Shown piece by piece: positions 18,501 through 27,400 of a stretch of 64,000 bases of DNA. Position 1 is the stretch's first letter. Every line of letters starts with the position of its first letter. Position numbers and translations under genes: made by a program. The notes beneath the pieces were generated by a model. That model made no database searches, had not been told where the DNA came from, and saw only the letters and a program-made list of their open reading frames with translations. The stretch is from an uncultured Pseudomonadota bacterium (GTDB taxonomy: Bacteria; Babelota; Babeliae; Babelales; RVW-14): positions 44,166-108,165 of the forward strand of contig CAZMQG010000003.1 of NCBI GenBank assembly GCA_964568625.1, given 5' to 3'.

Positions 18501-20351
18501 TTAAGCATCTTTATTTGTTAATAACACAATCCAATACTGCCCTTTTTTAAATAAATTAGAGCCCTGCACTTCATCAATTTTCTGTCTTGGTGTAATGAAG
18601 TGCAAACTAGCGCACTCATTTAAATAATCAGTAAAATCATTTGTTTTTTTGAAATCCCATCCCAAATCTAAAAGTTTTTGCTCAATCAAATCTGCTGTAA
18701 TTAATTGTGTTGTAAGATCGAATTTTGCAGCCAGCAGATTTAAAAACAATCCATATATTTGTTCCGGTTTATTTTTATTAACCAAAAGTTCAAACTCTTT
18801 TTGAAATTTTGAAAGTGCTGCTTTCTTAGAAAACAACTTAAAAGCTTTATTATCACGACAGACAGCAAGAACCCTTCTATATGGACTCAAAATAATAATC
18901 CCTGGAAATAGAAGCAAAATAAAATATATCCAAAATGGAATTTGCATATTATTTGGATCACTTGACTTGAAGTCTTCTTCAATAAAACCTATGTCTTTAG
19001 ATATCGGAGATTTTTTCTCCTGATGCTGTTGATCTAACTGTTGGGCTTCTTGCTGATATGATGGGAATATTGGTTGCTGAACAGTCTCACCTGCAGGCTG
19101 TTTTATTGACAACACAATCTCTTCTGTTTTTAATGTTTTATAAGATTTAGAATTCGTATCAAAATATGTAAAACTTTGTGACGGAATTTTTACATCACCC
19201 GCAGATGAAACCTGAATAACATATTCAAATCTCTTTTTGCCACCGAATGCGCCCAAAGACTCGTCTGCCGTAAAATCGTTTTTGGACTCATAATTTTTTA
19301 TAAAATCAGGCATCACAAGCTTTGGTGTTGATATTTGATCAAAATTTCCGGATCCACAAACTTCCAAGGTCAGCTTAATAGCCTCGTTAACCAAAGCCGA
19401 CTGTTTATCAACAGAGATCGTAAACGTCTTAAACATACCAATTCCATCAACACTTCCATCTGTATTAGGCAATGACTTGATATCTAACTTAAGGCTATTA
19501 CTCTGGGACTGCTTTTGTTGAAGTTGCATTTGACCAAAAAGACCGCTTAAAAAATCATCCCCAAATATTCCATTTTGGTTCCGTTTAGTTTTAATCTTAA
19601 CTTGATAAACTGCTGTTGCAGGATTTATTACCTTATTTCCTGGCTGCAGTGAAACTAAAGCAAATTTTTGCTCCACAATCTCAATAGGTTTATTATTTCT
19701 AAGTTCTTGGTGATTTTGTTGCTGTCCGAAAGGCTTGAAGGAAAATCCAGGGAAATTCATTTTATCTTTAAGCCTAATACCGTAAATTTGGTCATAAATC
19801 ATTATTTTTAAAGTTACAATAAACATTTCCCCTTGGAAATAAGTCTTTTTATCAGATAAAAGTTCACAAATAACTTCTTGATCTTCTTGTTGTTTTTTCA
19901 AATTTTTACCTGATGCCGTTTTTATTTTCGATGAATCTTGAGGCTGGTTTATTACTCGAAACTGAACGGTGTTTGATTTAATGGTCGTTCCATTGTTTTC
20001 CGACTGTACCGGTCCTATTGTTAAAGCACCTTCTTGACCAGCAACAACATCCAGGATGATGGTTTGTTCGGATGAAACAGCCCCATTAAAATCGCTTTGG
20101 CTATTCATCTGTGATTCACCAAGCACTTTTAATTTATCCAGTCCAGAAATCTGCAAAGATCCTCCCTCTCCATTTTTTACAATCACTTTTAATTGAAATG
20201 GAGTTCCTACAAAAACTGTAGGCTGTGCTGTTTTTTCATTCTCCAGCATCAAATTTTGAACATCGCTCAACTCCAAGACTAAATCAGTAGCAATTAATCC
20301 TGAAGTTACCGCAAAAATAAGCACAACTATTTGAATTAATTTTATTTTCAT
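18501..20351 (-). CDS. batD: BatD-like oxygen-tolerance family protein
   Basis: A large periplasmic beta-rich protein with a signal peptide (MKIKLIQIVVLIFAVTSG) and one C-terminal TM segment (IPFWIYFILLLFPGIIILSPY). Its position follows batC. I chose the ATG at 20351 because a GAGGA RBS lies 7 nt upstream; the track start at 20393 overlaps batC. Confidence 0.75.
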   Translation of the reverse strand: MKIKLIQIVVLIFAVTSGLIATDLVLELSDVQNLMLENEKTAQPTVFVGTPFQLKVIVKNGEGGSLQISGLDKLKVLGESQMNSQSDFNGAVSSEQTIILDVVAGQEGALTIGPVQSENNGTTIKSNTVQFRVINQPQDSSKIKTASGKNLKKQQEDQEVICELLSDKKTYFQGEMFIVTLKIMIYDQIYGIRLKDKMNFPGFSFKPFGQQQNHQELRNNKPIEIVEQKFALVSLQPGNKVINPATAVYQVKIKTKRNQNGIFGDDFLSGLFGQMQLQQKQSQSNSLKLDIKSLPNTDGSVDGIGMFKTFTISVDKQSALVNEAIKLTLEVCGSGNFDQISTPKLVMPDFIKNYESKNDFTADESLGAFGGKKRFEYVIQVSSAGDVKIPSQSFTYFDTNSKSYKTLKTEEIVLSIKQPAGETVQQPIFPSYQQEAQQLDQQHQEKKSPISKDIGFIEEDFKSSDPNNMQIPFWIYFILLLFPGIIILSPYRRVLAVCRDNKAFKLFSKKAALSKFQKEFELLVNKNKPEQIYGLFLNLLAAKFDLTTQLITADLIEQKLLDLGWDFKKTNDFTDYLNECASLHFITPRQKIDEVQGSNLFKKGQYWIVLLTNKDA

Positions 20352-20386
20352 AATTAGATCCTCATATTTCCCCAAACCCTTATTTA

Positions 20387-21361
20387 TTACCAAGGCTTTT
20401 GCCCGGATTGCAATGGCTTTTGGTCTTTGGTCTGTCTTTGAATAATTAATTTTTGTAAACCATCTTCATCACTTTGTAAATTTTCAAGCATTAATCGCAT
20501 TGATTTCTCTTCAGCGGATTCTTTCTGTGTCTCTTGCCCTGCAGCCTCTTGCGTTTGTATTTGTTGAGCTTGAGCCTTTTGATCAGAAGATTCTTTTGAT
20601 TGTTGTAACTCTTTTTGCTCAGCAGACTTAGCCTGATCTTGTTCTTTTTCTTGCCCGGACGATTCTTTTTGAGATTTGTCGTGCTGATTATCTTGTTTAT
20701 TTTCCCCTGACTGATTCTGTTTTCTTTCATCTTCAGATGATTTATCTTGAGATTTATCTTGCTGACCATCCTGTTTTTGCTGCTGATCTTGTTGATCTTG
20801 TTTAGATTTTTCACCTTCTTGCTGATCTTTTTGGTTCTGATTCTGCTTTTGCTGAGGCTGTTTTTTCATTAATTTTTCTACTAAATCTTTTGCTTTTTTT
20901 AAATTTGTTTTTGCATGCTCATGTTGCTTATTTGACTCCAAAAGACTTTCATAATTTTTCACTGCAGATTTTGCGTTATCAATTGCAACAACAAGTTTAT
21001 CATGCTCTATTTTTGTGCTTTCACTTTCCCAGTTTGCAGGCAAACAAGACAACGCATTTTTATAACAGCTGTTGGCAAGATTAAAATACGAAAACTCTTT
21101 TAATTTCTTATTTTGTGCATTATTGACAGCTCTTTCAAAGTTATTTTTAGCGGCTTCGTATTTACGAGTTTGATATAGAGCAACCCCAAGGTTATAGTTG
21201 ATATATGGATCATTTGGACTATTTATCTGTTCAATTGCCAAATCATTAACATTTTCTTCAGGTGTTTTTTTATCATATCCACTAAATAATCCAGGATAAA
21301 TTTTAGAAAATGTTAACAAAAATAAAATCAGTAATTTATTGCAACACAAAACTTTTTTCAT
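20387..21361 (-). CDS. batC: BatC-like TPR protein with long Q/K/D/E-rich low-complexity tail
   Basis: It has a signal peptide and TPR units (YNLGVALYQTRKYEAAKNNFERAV..., YFNLANSCYK). The ~150-aa tail (KQPQQKQNQNQKDQQEGEKSKQDQQDQQQKQDG...) is seen at the DNA level as simple repeats at 20500-20880. Confidence 0.65.
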   Translation of the reverse strand: MKKVLCCNKLLILFLLTFSKIYPGLFSGYDKKTPEENVNDLAIEQINSPNDPYINYNLGVALYQTRKYEAAKNNFERAVNNAQNKKLKEFSYFNLANSCYKNALSCLPANWESESTKIEHDKLVVAIDNAKSAVKNYESLLESNKQHEHAKTNLKKAKDLVEKLMKKQPQQKQNQNQKDQQEGEKSKQDQQDQQQKQDGQQDKSQDKSSEDERKQNQSGENKQDNQHDKSQKESSGQEKEQDQAKSAEQKELQQSKESSDQKAQAQQIQTQEAAGQETQKESAEEKSMRLMLENLQSDEDGLQKLIIQRQTKDQKPLQSGQKPW

Positions 21362-21393
21362 AATGCTTCCAGTTTATTTTTTAACGTTAATTT

Positions 21394-22398
21394 TTAAAGT
21401 ATAAAATCAATCAAAAGCAATAGCCAGGCAAAACCCAAAAACCATGGGTATTGATCGTGAAACAATGAGAGCTGTTTGTCTGCAAACTTTTCTTTCTCAA
21501 AACCTTTTACTATTGTTACAAGTTGGTCGACATCAGCATCTTGATATGTAGCTCTAATATATACACCATTTAAGGCTTGCGTAACTTCTCTTAATTTTTC
21601 TTCGTTAAGTTTTGTCGTAACAATTTGCCCACTTTCATCAGTCTGGTGCCCCACCTGCTTTCCAAAATTATCTAATACAGGAATTGGTGCTCCTTCCGGA
21701 GTTCCAACACCTAAGGCAAACAACCGTATATTATTGCTTGCAGCCAAAGACTTGATATTACTCAAATTCGTAGAAAAATCTTCTCCGTCAGTTATGATTG
21801 CAACAAGTTTATTCTTGCGATCCGGAATCTGCGAATAAACATTCAATGCTTTTTGTAAAGCAGATTCAATAGAAGTAGTCCCGGAAGCAATTGATTCAAC
21901 ATCAATATTCTTGAGATACATCAAAAATGCCGCATGATCTATCGTTAAAGGACACTGTAAAAAAGCAGTACCAGAAAAAATAATTAAACCAACTCGGTCG
22001 GCACCTAATTTTGAAACCAAATCTCTGATTTTCAATTTCGCAAATTCTAATCTATTCGGCTTTAAATCTTTAGCTAACATACTGCGAGACACATCTAGCA
22101 ATATTAATAAATCACGCCCCTCTTGTACTAAATTCTGCTCTTTTTTTCCCCATTGCGGCTGAAGTATCGCCAAAAATATTGCTAAAATCGCCGTACATAA
22201 AAAGAACGTTTTCAGTTTTAATTTAATTTGTGAAAATCCTGGGAAAACCGTATTTTTTTGTGACTTATGATAAAGCTGCAAGCTTTTATTTTTTACTTTG
22301 AAATAATTTCTAATTATTAGAACACAAAAAAACAAAAATATCGGGAAATAAACAATTTTATCGATTCCTGCCCAGTGTATTCCAAAAGTGTTTATCAT
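21394..22398 (-). CDS. batB: BatB-like VWA domain membrane protein
   Basis: N-terminal TM pair, then a VWA domain with the MIDAS motif DVSRSM, plus IITDGED. There is a C-terminal TM segment. Confidence 0.85.
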   Translation of the reverse strand: MINTFGIHWAGIDKIVYFPIFLFFCVLIIRNYFKVKNKSLQLYHKSQKNTVFPGFSQIKLKLKTFFLCTAILAIFLAILQPQWGKKEQNLVQEGRDLLILLDVSRSMLAKDLKPNRLEFAKLKIRDLVSKLGADRVGLIIFSGTAFLQCPLTIDHAAFLMYLKNIDVESIASGTTSIESALQKALNVYSQIPDRKNKLVAIITDGEDFSTNLSNIKSLAASNNIRLFALGVGTPEGAPIPVLDNFGKQVGHQTDESGQIVTTKLNEEKLREVTQALNGVYIRATYQDADVDQLVTIVKGFEKEKFADKQLSLFHDQYPWFLGFAWLLLLIDFIL

Positions 22399-22399
22399 A

Positions 22400-23392
22400 T
22401 TATAGCCCTCGCCAAATCAAGAATCTTAATAAAAATTCTATCCCTAATAATGCCAAAATTATCCAAATAAAAGTTAAAAAGGCCTCATAGAAATTATGAA
22501 ATAACTCACTTTCAATTTTTGTTTTCTCAAGTTTATCAATAGTATCATATGCCAGTCGCATCTCTTTTGAATTTCCGGCCCTAAAGAATTGCCCCCCTGT
22601 TTTTTGCGCAATATCTTTCAACAATTGAACATTTAAACTGTATTCAGGAACCTGCTGCCAACCAAAAATCGGATGATTGACAAAACAACCCTTCTCATTT
22701 CCAATTCCAATAGTATAAATTTTTATATTAAACTGTTTTGCCATTTCAATTGCAACATCGGGCTCAATTTTTTCCTGCGGAGATGGAGCTCCATCTGTTA
22801 GTATGATAACAATTTTGCTTTTGGCTTGTGAATTACGCAAACGATTTATTGCAGTAGCAAGTCCAGTGCCAAGCCAAGTACCGTCATAATCAATTTCACC
22901 AAGCTGTATATTCCCAATAATTTCTTTTAAAACCGTTTTATCAAGAGTCAAAGGACAGCGTGATATGACCTCCGCCGCAAACATTACAACACCGACAGGA
23001 TCATTTGGTCGTTTTTCAACAAATCTAATGGCCTCGGTCTTGGCGACTTCAATTCGCGGTTTACGCTCTGATATATCATCAATACATTCCATGCTACCTG
23101 AAACATCTATTGCCAAAACAATATCAACTCCCTCAACATTAACTTTGGATCTTTCATCAACCCATTGGGGTCGCATTATCAAAAATAATAACCCAGCCAA
23201 AGTGGTTATGCGAAGGATCATTAGTATTTTTTTAAAAAAATTTGATCTTATAAAATTTGAACCTAAAAATATTCTTATTGCAGGATACTTGTAAACAGGT
23301 GATTTATAAAATTTAAATCGATATAAAATTGCTAAAATAAAGATTGGAATAAGTACATAAATCAGTTGAAAATAAGCCAACCTTAAAAACAT
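22400..23392 (-). CDS. batA: BatA-like VWA domain membrane protein
   Basis: BatA-type N-terminus (F..P..L..L..IP), the MIDAS motif AIDVSGSM, ILTDGAPS and a C-terminal TM segment. It lies 1 nt from batB. Confidence 0.85.
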   Translation of the reverse strand: MFLRLAYFQLIYVLIPIFILAILYRFKFYKSPVYKYPAIRIFLGSNFIRSNFFKKILMILRITTLAGLLFLIMRPQWVDERSKVNVEGVDIVLAIDVSGSMECIDDISERKPRIEVAKTEAIRFVEKRPNDPVGVVMFAAEVISRCPLTLDKTVLKEIIGNIQLGEIDYDGTWLGTGLATAINRLRNSQAKSKIVIILTDGAPSPQEKIEPDVAIEMAKQFNIKIYTIGIGNEKGCFVNHPIFGWQQVPEYSLNVQLLKDIAQKTGGQFFRAGNSKEMRLAYDTIDKLEKTKIESELFHNFYEAFLTFIWIILALLGIEFLLRFLIWRGL

Positions 23393-23395
23393 GAT

Positions 23396-24136
23396 CTACT
23401 CTTTCTGTAATTTTTCCAGTTCCACTCTGAACCAACCCTGAACATGCTTGATAAATTCATCACGTGTTGCAAACGATGAACGCATGATTGGTTTGCCTAT
23501 ACTAATTTTAGCGACTCCAAAATCATAATCAAGGCAGATACTATTTTTAGGAAAAATTTTATGGAATCCATAAATTGCAATTGGTACAACGGGACGATTT
23601 AATTTTTCTGCAAAAATCGTAAAACCAGGGAAAAAATCGTGAATTTGTCCATCATCATAACGCCTCCCTTCAGGGAAAAGTACCAAGTGCCTTTTTTTAT
23701 CCTGAGTCAATGCAACCGCATCAGAGATAACCCTTTTTAGCATTATTGAGCTTTCTCGATTAGCAATTACATGCATCCTTCTTAATATAAATCCAAAAAA
23801 TGGAATTTTTGTATAAGAAATCTTGCTAATCCAAATTTTAGGTTGATCTTTTAAAATCACTTCAACAATTGGAATATCCAAACTTGATGTATGATTCATA
23901 ACATAAATTGCCGGGTCATGTGAAAAATAAAGTAAGTTTTCTTTGCCTCGTATCTCGTATTTTACCGAGCCGAAAAAGAAAAGTAATCTGGAACACGTAC
24001 TTATTAACTTATGGAAAAGTCTACTATCATAACGATATGACTTTGGTAACATCGCAATGGGAAAACAAAATATAGTTGTTACGGTAATAGTTATTGTGCC
24101 AAAAACATAAGCAATAACCGATCTAATCAATTTCAT
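23396..24136 (-). CDS. plsC: 1-acyl-sn-glycerol-3-phosphate acyltransferase
   Basis: Acyltransferase motifs NHTSSLDIP (HX4D) and LFPEGRR. The start at the ATG at 24136 (MKLIRSVIAYVFG) gives a 14-nt overlap with the upstream gene. Its stop lies 3 nt before the batA start. Confidence 0.85.
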   Translation of the reverse strand: MKLIRSVIAYVFGTITITVTTIFCFPIAMLPKSYRYDSRLFHKLISTCSRLLFFFGSVKYEIRGKENLLYFSHDPAIYVMNHTSSLDIPIVEVILKDQPKIWISKISYTKIPFFGFILRRMHVIANRESSIMLKRVISDAVALTQDKKRHLVLFPEGRRYDDGQIHDFFPGFTIFAEKLNRPVVPIAIYGFHKIFPKNSICLDYDFGVAKISIGKPIMRSSFATRDEFIKHVQGWFRVELEKLQKE

Positions 24137-24962
24137 TTTCTTCGTGCTCAAAAATACTCTTGCTATAAAATATGTTTCTATTTTTATCATAAAACAAAAA
24201 TAAAATGCATAACCAGAAAATTTCACCTAGCGTTTTTACATATTTTACAAAAATTAGTCGAAACTCCGGAAATCGTGAATTGATTGGCTGGAATAACTGA
24301 GATGAATCGCTATCTAAAAGTAAAAAGTCATAAATTCCATATCCCGAAAATTTCATTAAATAGCCAAGACCAACTAACAATCCAAAAAATATTAAAAATA
24401 CAGGCATATTGTAAAAAATAAGATTTGCAACTTTTTCGATACAAGCAATAAAATCTGTAAATTTGCCGGGTGAATCAAACCAATAAAAAATCATAAGCAT
24501 TTCAAATATTTGGAATATGATTTTAAAAACCCAGTGCACTGTCGGGAATTGAGTTATGCCCAAAATTATCAACAATGCAAAAAAGATCAGTTGTAATATC
24601 ATAAAAATAAATAACCCGTTTATATATTTAAAAAACATGTTTTTTAAATATGTTTTTGCATCCAACTGATCTTCACGGCTACAAATTAAAATTATGATAG
24701 CACTATAAATTATAAACCAATTAAAATTCGTAATTTCAACTAAAAATGTAAGGCCTATCCCTGTGTTTATTTTTTTTGCCATTGCCTCTGCCAAAATTGC
24801 TGTTAAAAACAGATCTGCAACAAAAAACCAACGCATGGCAAAAACTGCGTTTTTTACGACACTTATATAATTTTTTACTACATCAATTAATCCAGATTTA
24901 ATTCTGTTGGGCAAAAAAGTCGCCAAGGATTTTTTCCATGCCTGCAAAACTTGTTGTATCAT
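24123..24962 (-). CDS. Hypothetical multi-pass membrane protein (paralog 2)
   Basis: About 6 TM segments. The N-terminus MIQQVLQAWKKSLATFLP matches the neighbour's LLKYWKESLGIFAW. I recognise no family. Confidence 0.7.
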   Translation of the reverse strand: MIQQVLQAWKKSLATFLPNRIKSGLIDVVKNYISVVKNAVFAMRWFFVADLFLTAILAEAMAKKINTGIGLTFLVEITNFNWFIIYSAIIILICSREDQLDAKTYLKNMFFKYINGLFIFMILQLIFFALLIILGITQFPTVHWVFKIIFQIFEMLMIFYWFDSPGKFTDFIACIEKVANLIFYNMPVFLIFFGLLVGLGYLMKFSGYGIYDFLLLDSDSSQLFQPINSRFPEFRLIFVKYVKTLGEIFWLCILFLFYDKNRNIFYSKSIFEHEENEID

Positions 24963-24965
24963 GAT

Positions 24966-25679
24966 TTATTTTGCTCCAAACAGATCTGGATATGCATGCT
25001 TAAATCTTAGGTATAATATTGATAAAAATGAAAGCTGCATAAAACGTAAAATTATTAAAATAAAATTTGATGAGCAAGTTAACACAATTTGCAATGCACT
25101 TACATGTCGGACTTCTACAGGCTCAAACAACATTCCGGAGCTGTGAAAAAAAATCACACAAACAATTCCCATTGACACTAGCCATAAGGTTAAATCTATT
25201 ATTAATGCCGTTGCTGGAAAATAGAAAAAAAATGAAAATCCATTTTTAATTGAATTTATTAATCCCATAAAATTAATACGCGAATCCATATAAAAAAATG
25301 TACTGATAATAAGAATTGTCCCGATGATAATAAAATCGTATGGAAGTAAGATTAACAATGCCCACGGAATAGCTCTGAAATACTGCCAAAAATAAAACAT
25401 ATCCTTACGCTCTGTTGATGCTCTACTGCAAAGTATGTAAGCAAAAAATACAACGCAGTGTGTTAACCGTATACGCAAAGAGCTGTAGGTATTCATCTGT
25501 ATATTTGAAATAAAAAGATTTGAAATCTCAACTAAACCTAACCACCAAAAATACTTTAGGAATAACTTCATTGAGCGAATAAAATTGTTTAGTGATGCAA
25601 GCACTATCAACTTAAACTGCCCCCAGGCAAAAATTCCAAGCGACTCTTTCCAATATTTTAAAAGTTTTTGGGAATCCAT
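24966..25679 (-). CDS. Hypothetical multi-pass membrane protein (paralog 1)
   Basis: About 6 TM segments, with the same WK(K/E)SL N-terminal motif. It lies 3 nt upstream of paralog 2. Confidence 0.7.
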   Translation of the reverse strand: MDSQKLLKYWKESLGIFAWGQFKLIVLASLNNFIRSMKLFLKYFWWLGLVEISNLFISNIQMNTYSSLRIRLTHCVVFFAYILCSRASTERKDMFYFWQYFRAIPWALLILLPYDFIIIGTILIISTFFYMDSRINFMGLINSIKNGFSFFFYFPATALIIDLTLWLVSMGIVCVIFFHSSGMLFEPVEVRHVSALQIVLTCSSNFILIILRFMQLSFLSILYLRFKHAYPDLFGAK

Positions 25680-25870
25680 AGCTCTCCAAGTTTAAAATTA
25701 TCCAGAATAATCAAATCTGACATACAGAATAGCTTAAAACAAATTGCAGAAATCTCAAACTTTGTTAATAAAAATCATAGGATTGTGCTATATATCGAAT
25801 AACTTGCAAATAAAACTTAAGGCCGTAAGTTTACGGCTATTCCACGGCATATTAAAAGCCACGAATTAAT

Positions 25871-27400
25871 TTAATTTTGCGCCCATGCTGAACATTTATT
25901 ATGCTGCGCAACACTGTCATCAACTATTTTGATAAAATTATCAGCTTGAGCCACGTTTTTGCCTGAACTTATAGTCGAAACCTTAAGCTCTGTAACCATT
26001 TTTTCAATATCTCGTCCGGAAAATCCGTCAATTTTTTGAGCTAATTTTTTATTCAACTCTTGGTTGATATCATCAGCCAAAGACATTGTTTGCTCTTTGG
26101 ATTTGCCATTTATATTGATTTTAAATGTCCCATTCTTAATATACTTATCAAGATAAAGCTTCAGCATTGCTTCGCGCTGCTCAAGTCCAGGTAGTGGAAT
26201 TTCTATTTTTTGATCAACTCGGCTCAAAACGGCAGGATCCAAATCTTCAGGATGGTTTGTAGCCAAGATTAACATATATTTTTCAGAGCTTGAATTTGTG
26301 CGAGAAAGAAATGCATCCACAAGCGCTATCCTAAATGTATCCAAGCCTTTTCTATTTCTCAAAAACGAATCCGCCTCATCAAAAAGAATAATCAAGCCTC
26401 GCTTACCATTTTCTGCCCAATCAAAAATCTCGTGCAACTTTTGAATCGCAAGTTGTTCAGAGTACTGCAATAACCCTGCGCCCTTTATAATTGCATAATT
26501 CATACCACTCTTACGTGCAATAATTCGCGCAATCATTGTTTTACCTGTACCGGGCTTTCCATATAAAATCATGTGTCTGTATGGAATACCCCATTCATGG
26601 GTTTTTTGAGTTTCATCAGCCAAACGTGTTATTTTTTGTTTTATATCAGGTGCTAAAATCACATCATCAAGTGTAAATTTATGTTCAGCAGGAAGTTTGG
26701 TTATTCCAAGCTTTAATTTTACCTGTTCATTTAGGCTTTTAATTGAAGTTTCTTGAACTAGAGATGGAATACTTACAAATGATTCCAAGTACTTAAAGCC
26801 AAACTCAAAGCCATAATAACTTGCAAATACTCCTGCCGAAACGGCGGTTAGCAAAACGCCATAACGAATCATAGCGTCTTTTTCAAGAGCCAAACGCATA
26901 CGTTCCAAAGCACCTTCATTTTTAACTGCTTGAGTTGCAACTGCCGTTGCAACCTGTGTTCTTCTGATAGCCTCTTCCTGTTGCTTGGCCAAAATCATCT
27001 GCCATCCACCTTTTAAAGCATCTTGAATATTGTTATTCCAAACTTCACCGGTTTTTTCAGCTTTTTCAATATCAGATTCAAGCTTTTTCATTCGCGCATC
27101 AACATTTTCTACTCGAACTTGAAACTCAAGATCTCCAATTGCGCCCTGCTCTTTTTTCTTTACAAGCATAATCTTTTCTTGCTCCAAGGCAGTACGTTTA
27201 CGATCAAAAGCCTCTCGTGTATCACGCGAAATTTCATCAAGAACTTTCGCCGTTTCTACCGCTACTTTTGCAGCATCATCAAGTTTTATATTAAAACCAC
27301 CAATATTAAAGGCTGCTACATCGGACGATTTTACTGCATAAACTTGTGTATTTAATAAAAATATATTTAATAAAAAAGAAAAGATTATAAACAAAAACAT
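25871..27400 (-). CDS. ATAD3-like membrane-anchored AAA+ ATPase (signal peptide, coiled coil, TM, AAA domain)
   Basis: Signal peptide MFLFIIFSFLLNIFLLNTQVYA, a ~150-aa coiled coil and a TM segment YGVLLTAVSAGVFASYYGF. Walker A ILYGKPGTGKT, Walker B LIILFDEADSFL and ILATNHPEDLDPAVLSRVD are present. Blocks such as IPSLVQETS, HEIFDWAENGKRGL, VDAFLSRTNSSSEKYMLILATN, LPGLEQREAMLKLYLDKYI and GFSGRDI run parallel to my recollection of human ATAD3A. Confidence 0.85.
   Translation of the reverse strand: MFLFIIFSFLLNIFLLNTQVYAVKSSDVAAFNIGGFNIKLDDAAKVAVETAKVLDEISRDTREAFDRKRTALEQEKIMLVKKKEQGAIGDLEFQVRVENVDARMKKLESDIEKAEKTGEVWNNNIQDALKGGWQMILAKQQEEAIRRTQVATAVATQAVKNEGALERMRLALEKDAMIRYGVLLTAVSAGVFASYYGFEFGFKYLESFVSIPSLVQETSIKSLNEQVKLKLGITKLPAEHKFTLDDVILAPDIKQKITRLADETQKTHEWGIPYRHMILYGKPGTGKTMIARIIARKSGMNYAIIKGAGLLQYSEQLAIQKLHEIFDWAENGKRGLIILFDEADSFLRNRKGLDTFRIALVDAFLSRTNSSSEKYMLILATNHPEDLDPAVLSRVDQKIEIPLPGLEQREAMLKLYLDKYIKNGTFKININGKSKEQTMSLADDINQELNKKLAQKIDGFSGRDIEKMVTELKVSTISSGKNVAQADNFIKIVDDSVAQHNKCSAWAQN

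Noticed and set aside
20491-20814. A 107-aa alternative-frame ORF (K/N/R-rich) within the BatC low-complexity tail.
   Set aside because: It is on the same strand but in a shifted frame of a simple-repeat coding region. It is an artefact of the repeat composition, and the BatC frame is continuous from its signal peptide and TPR part.
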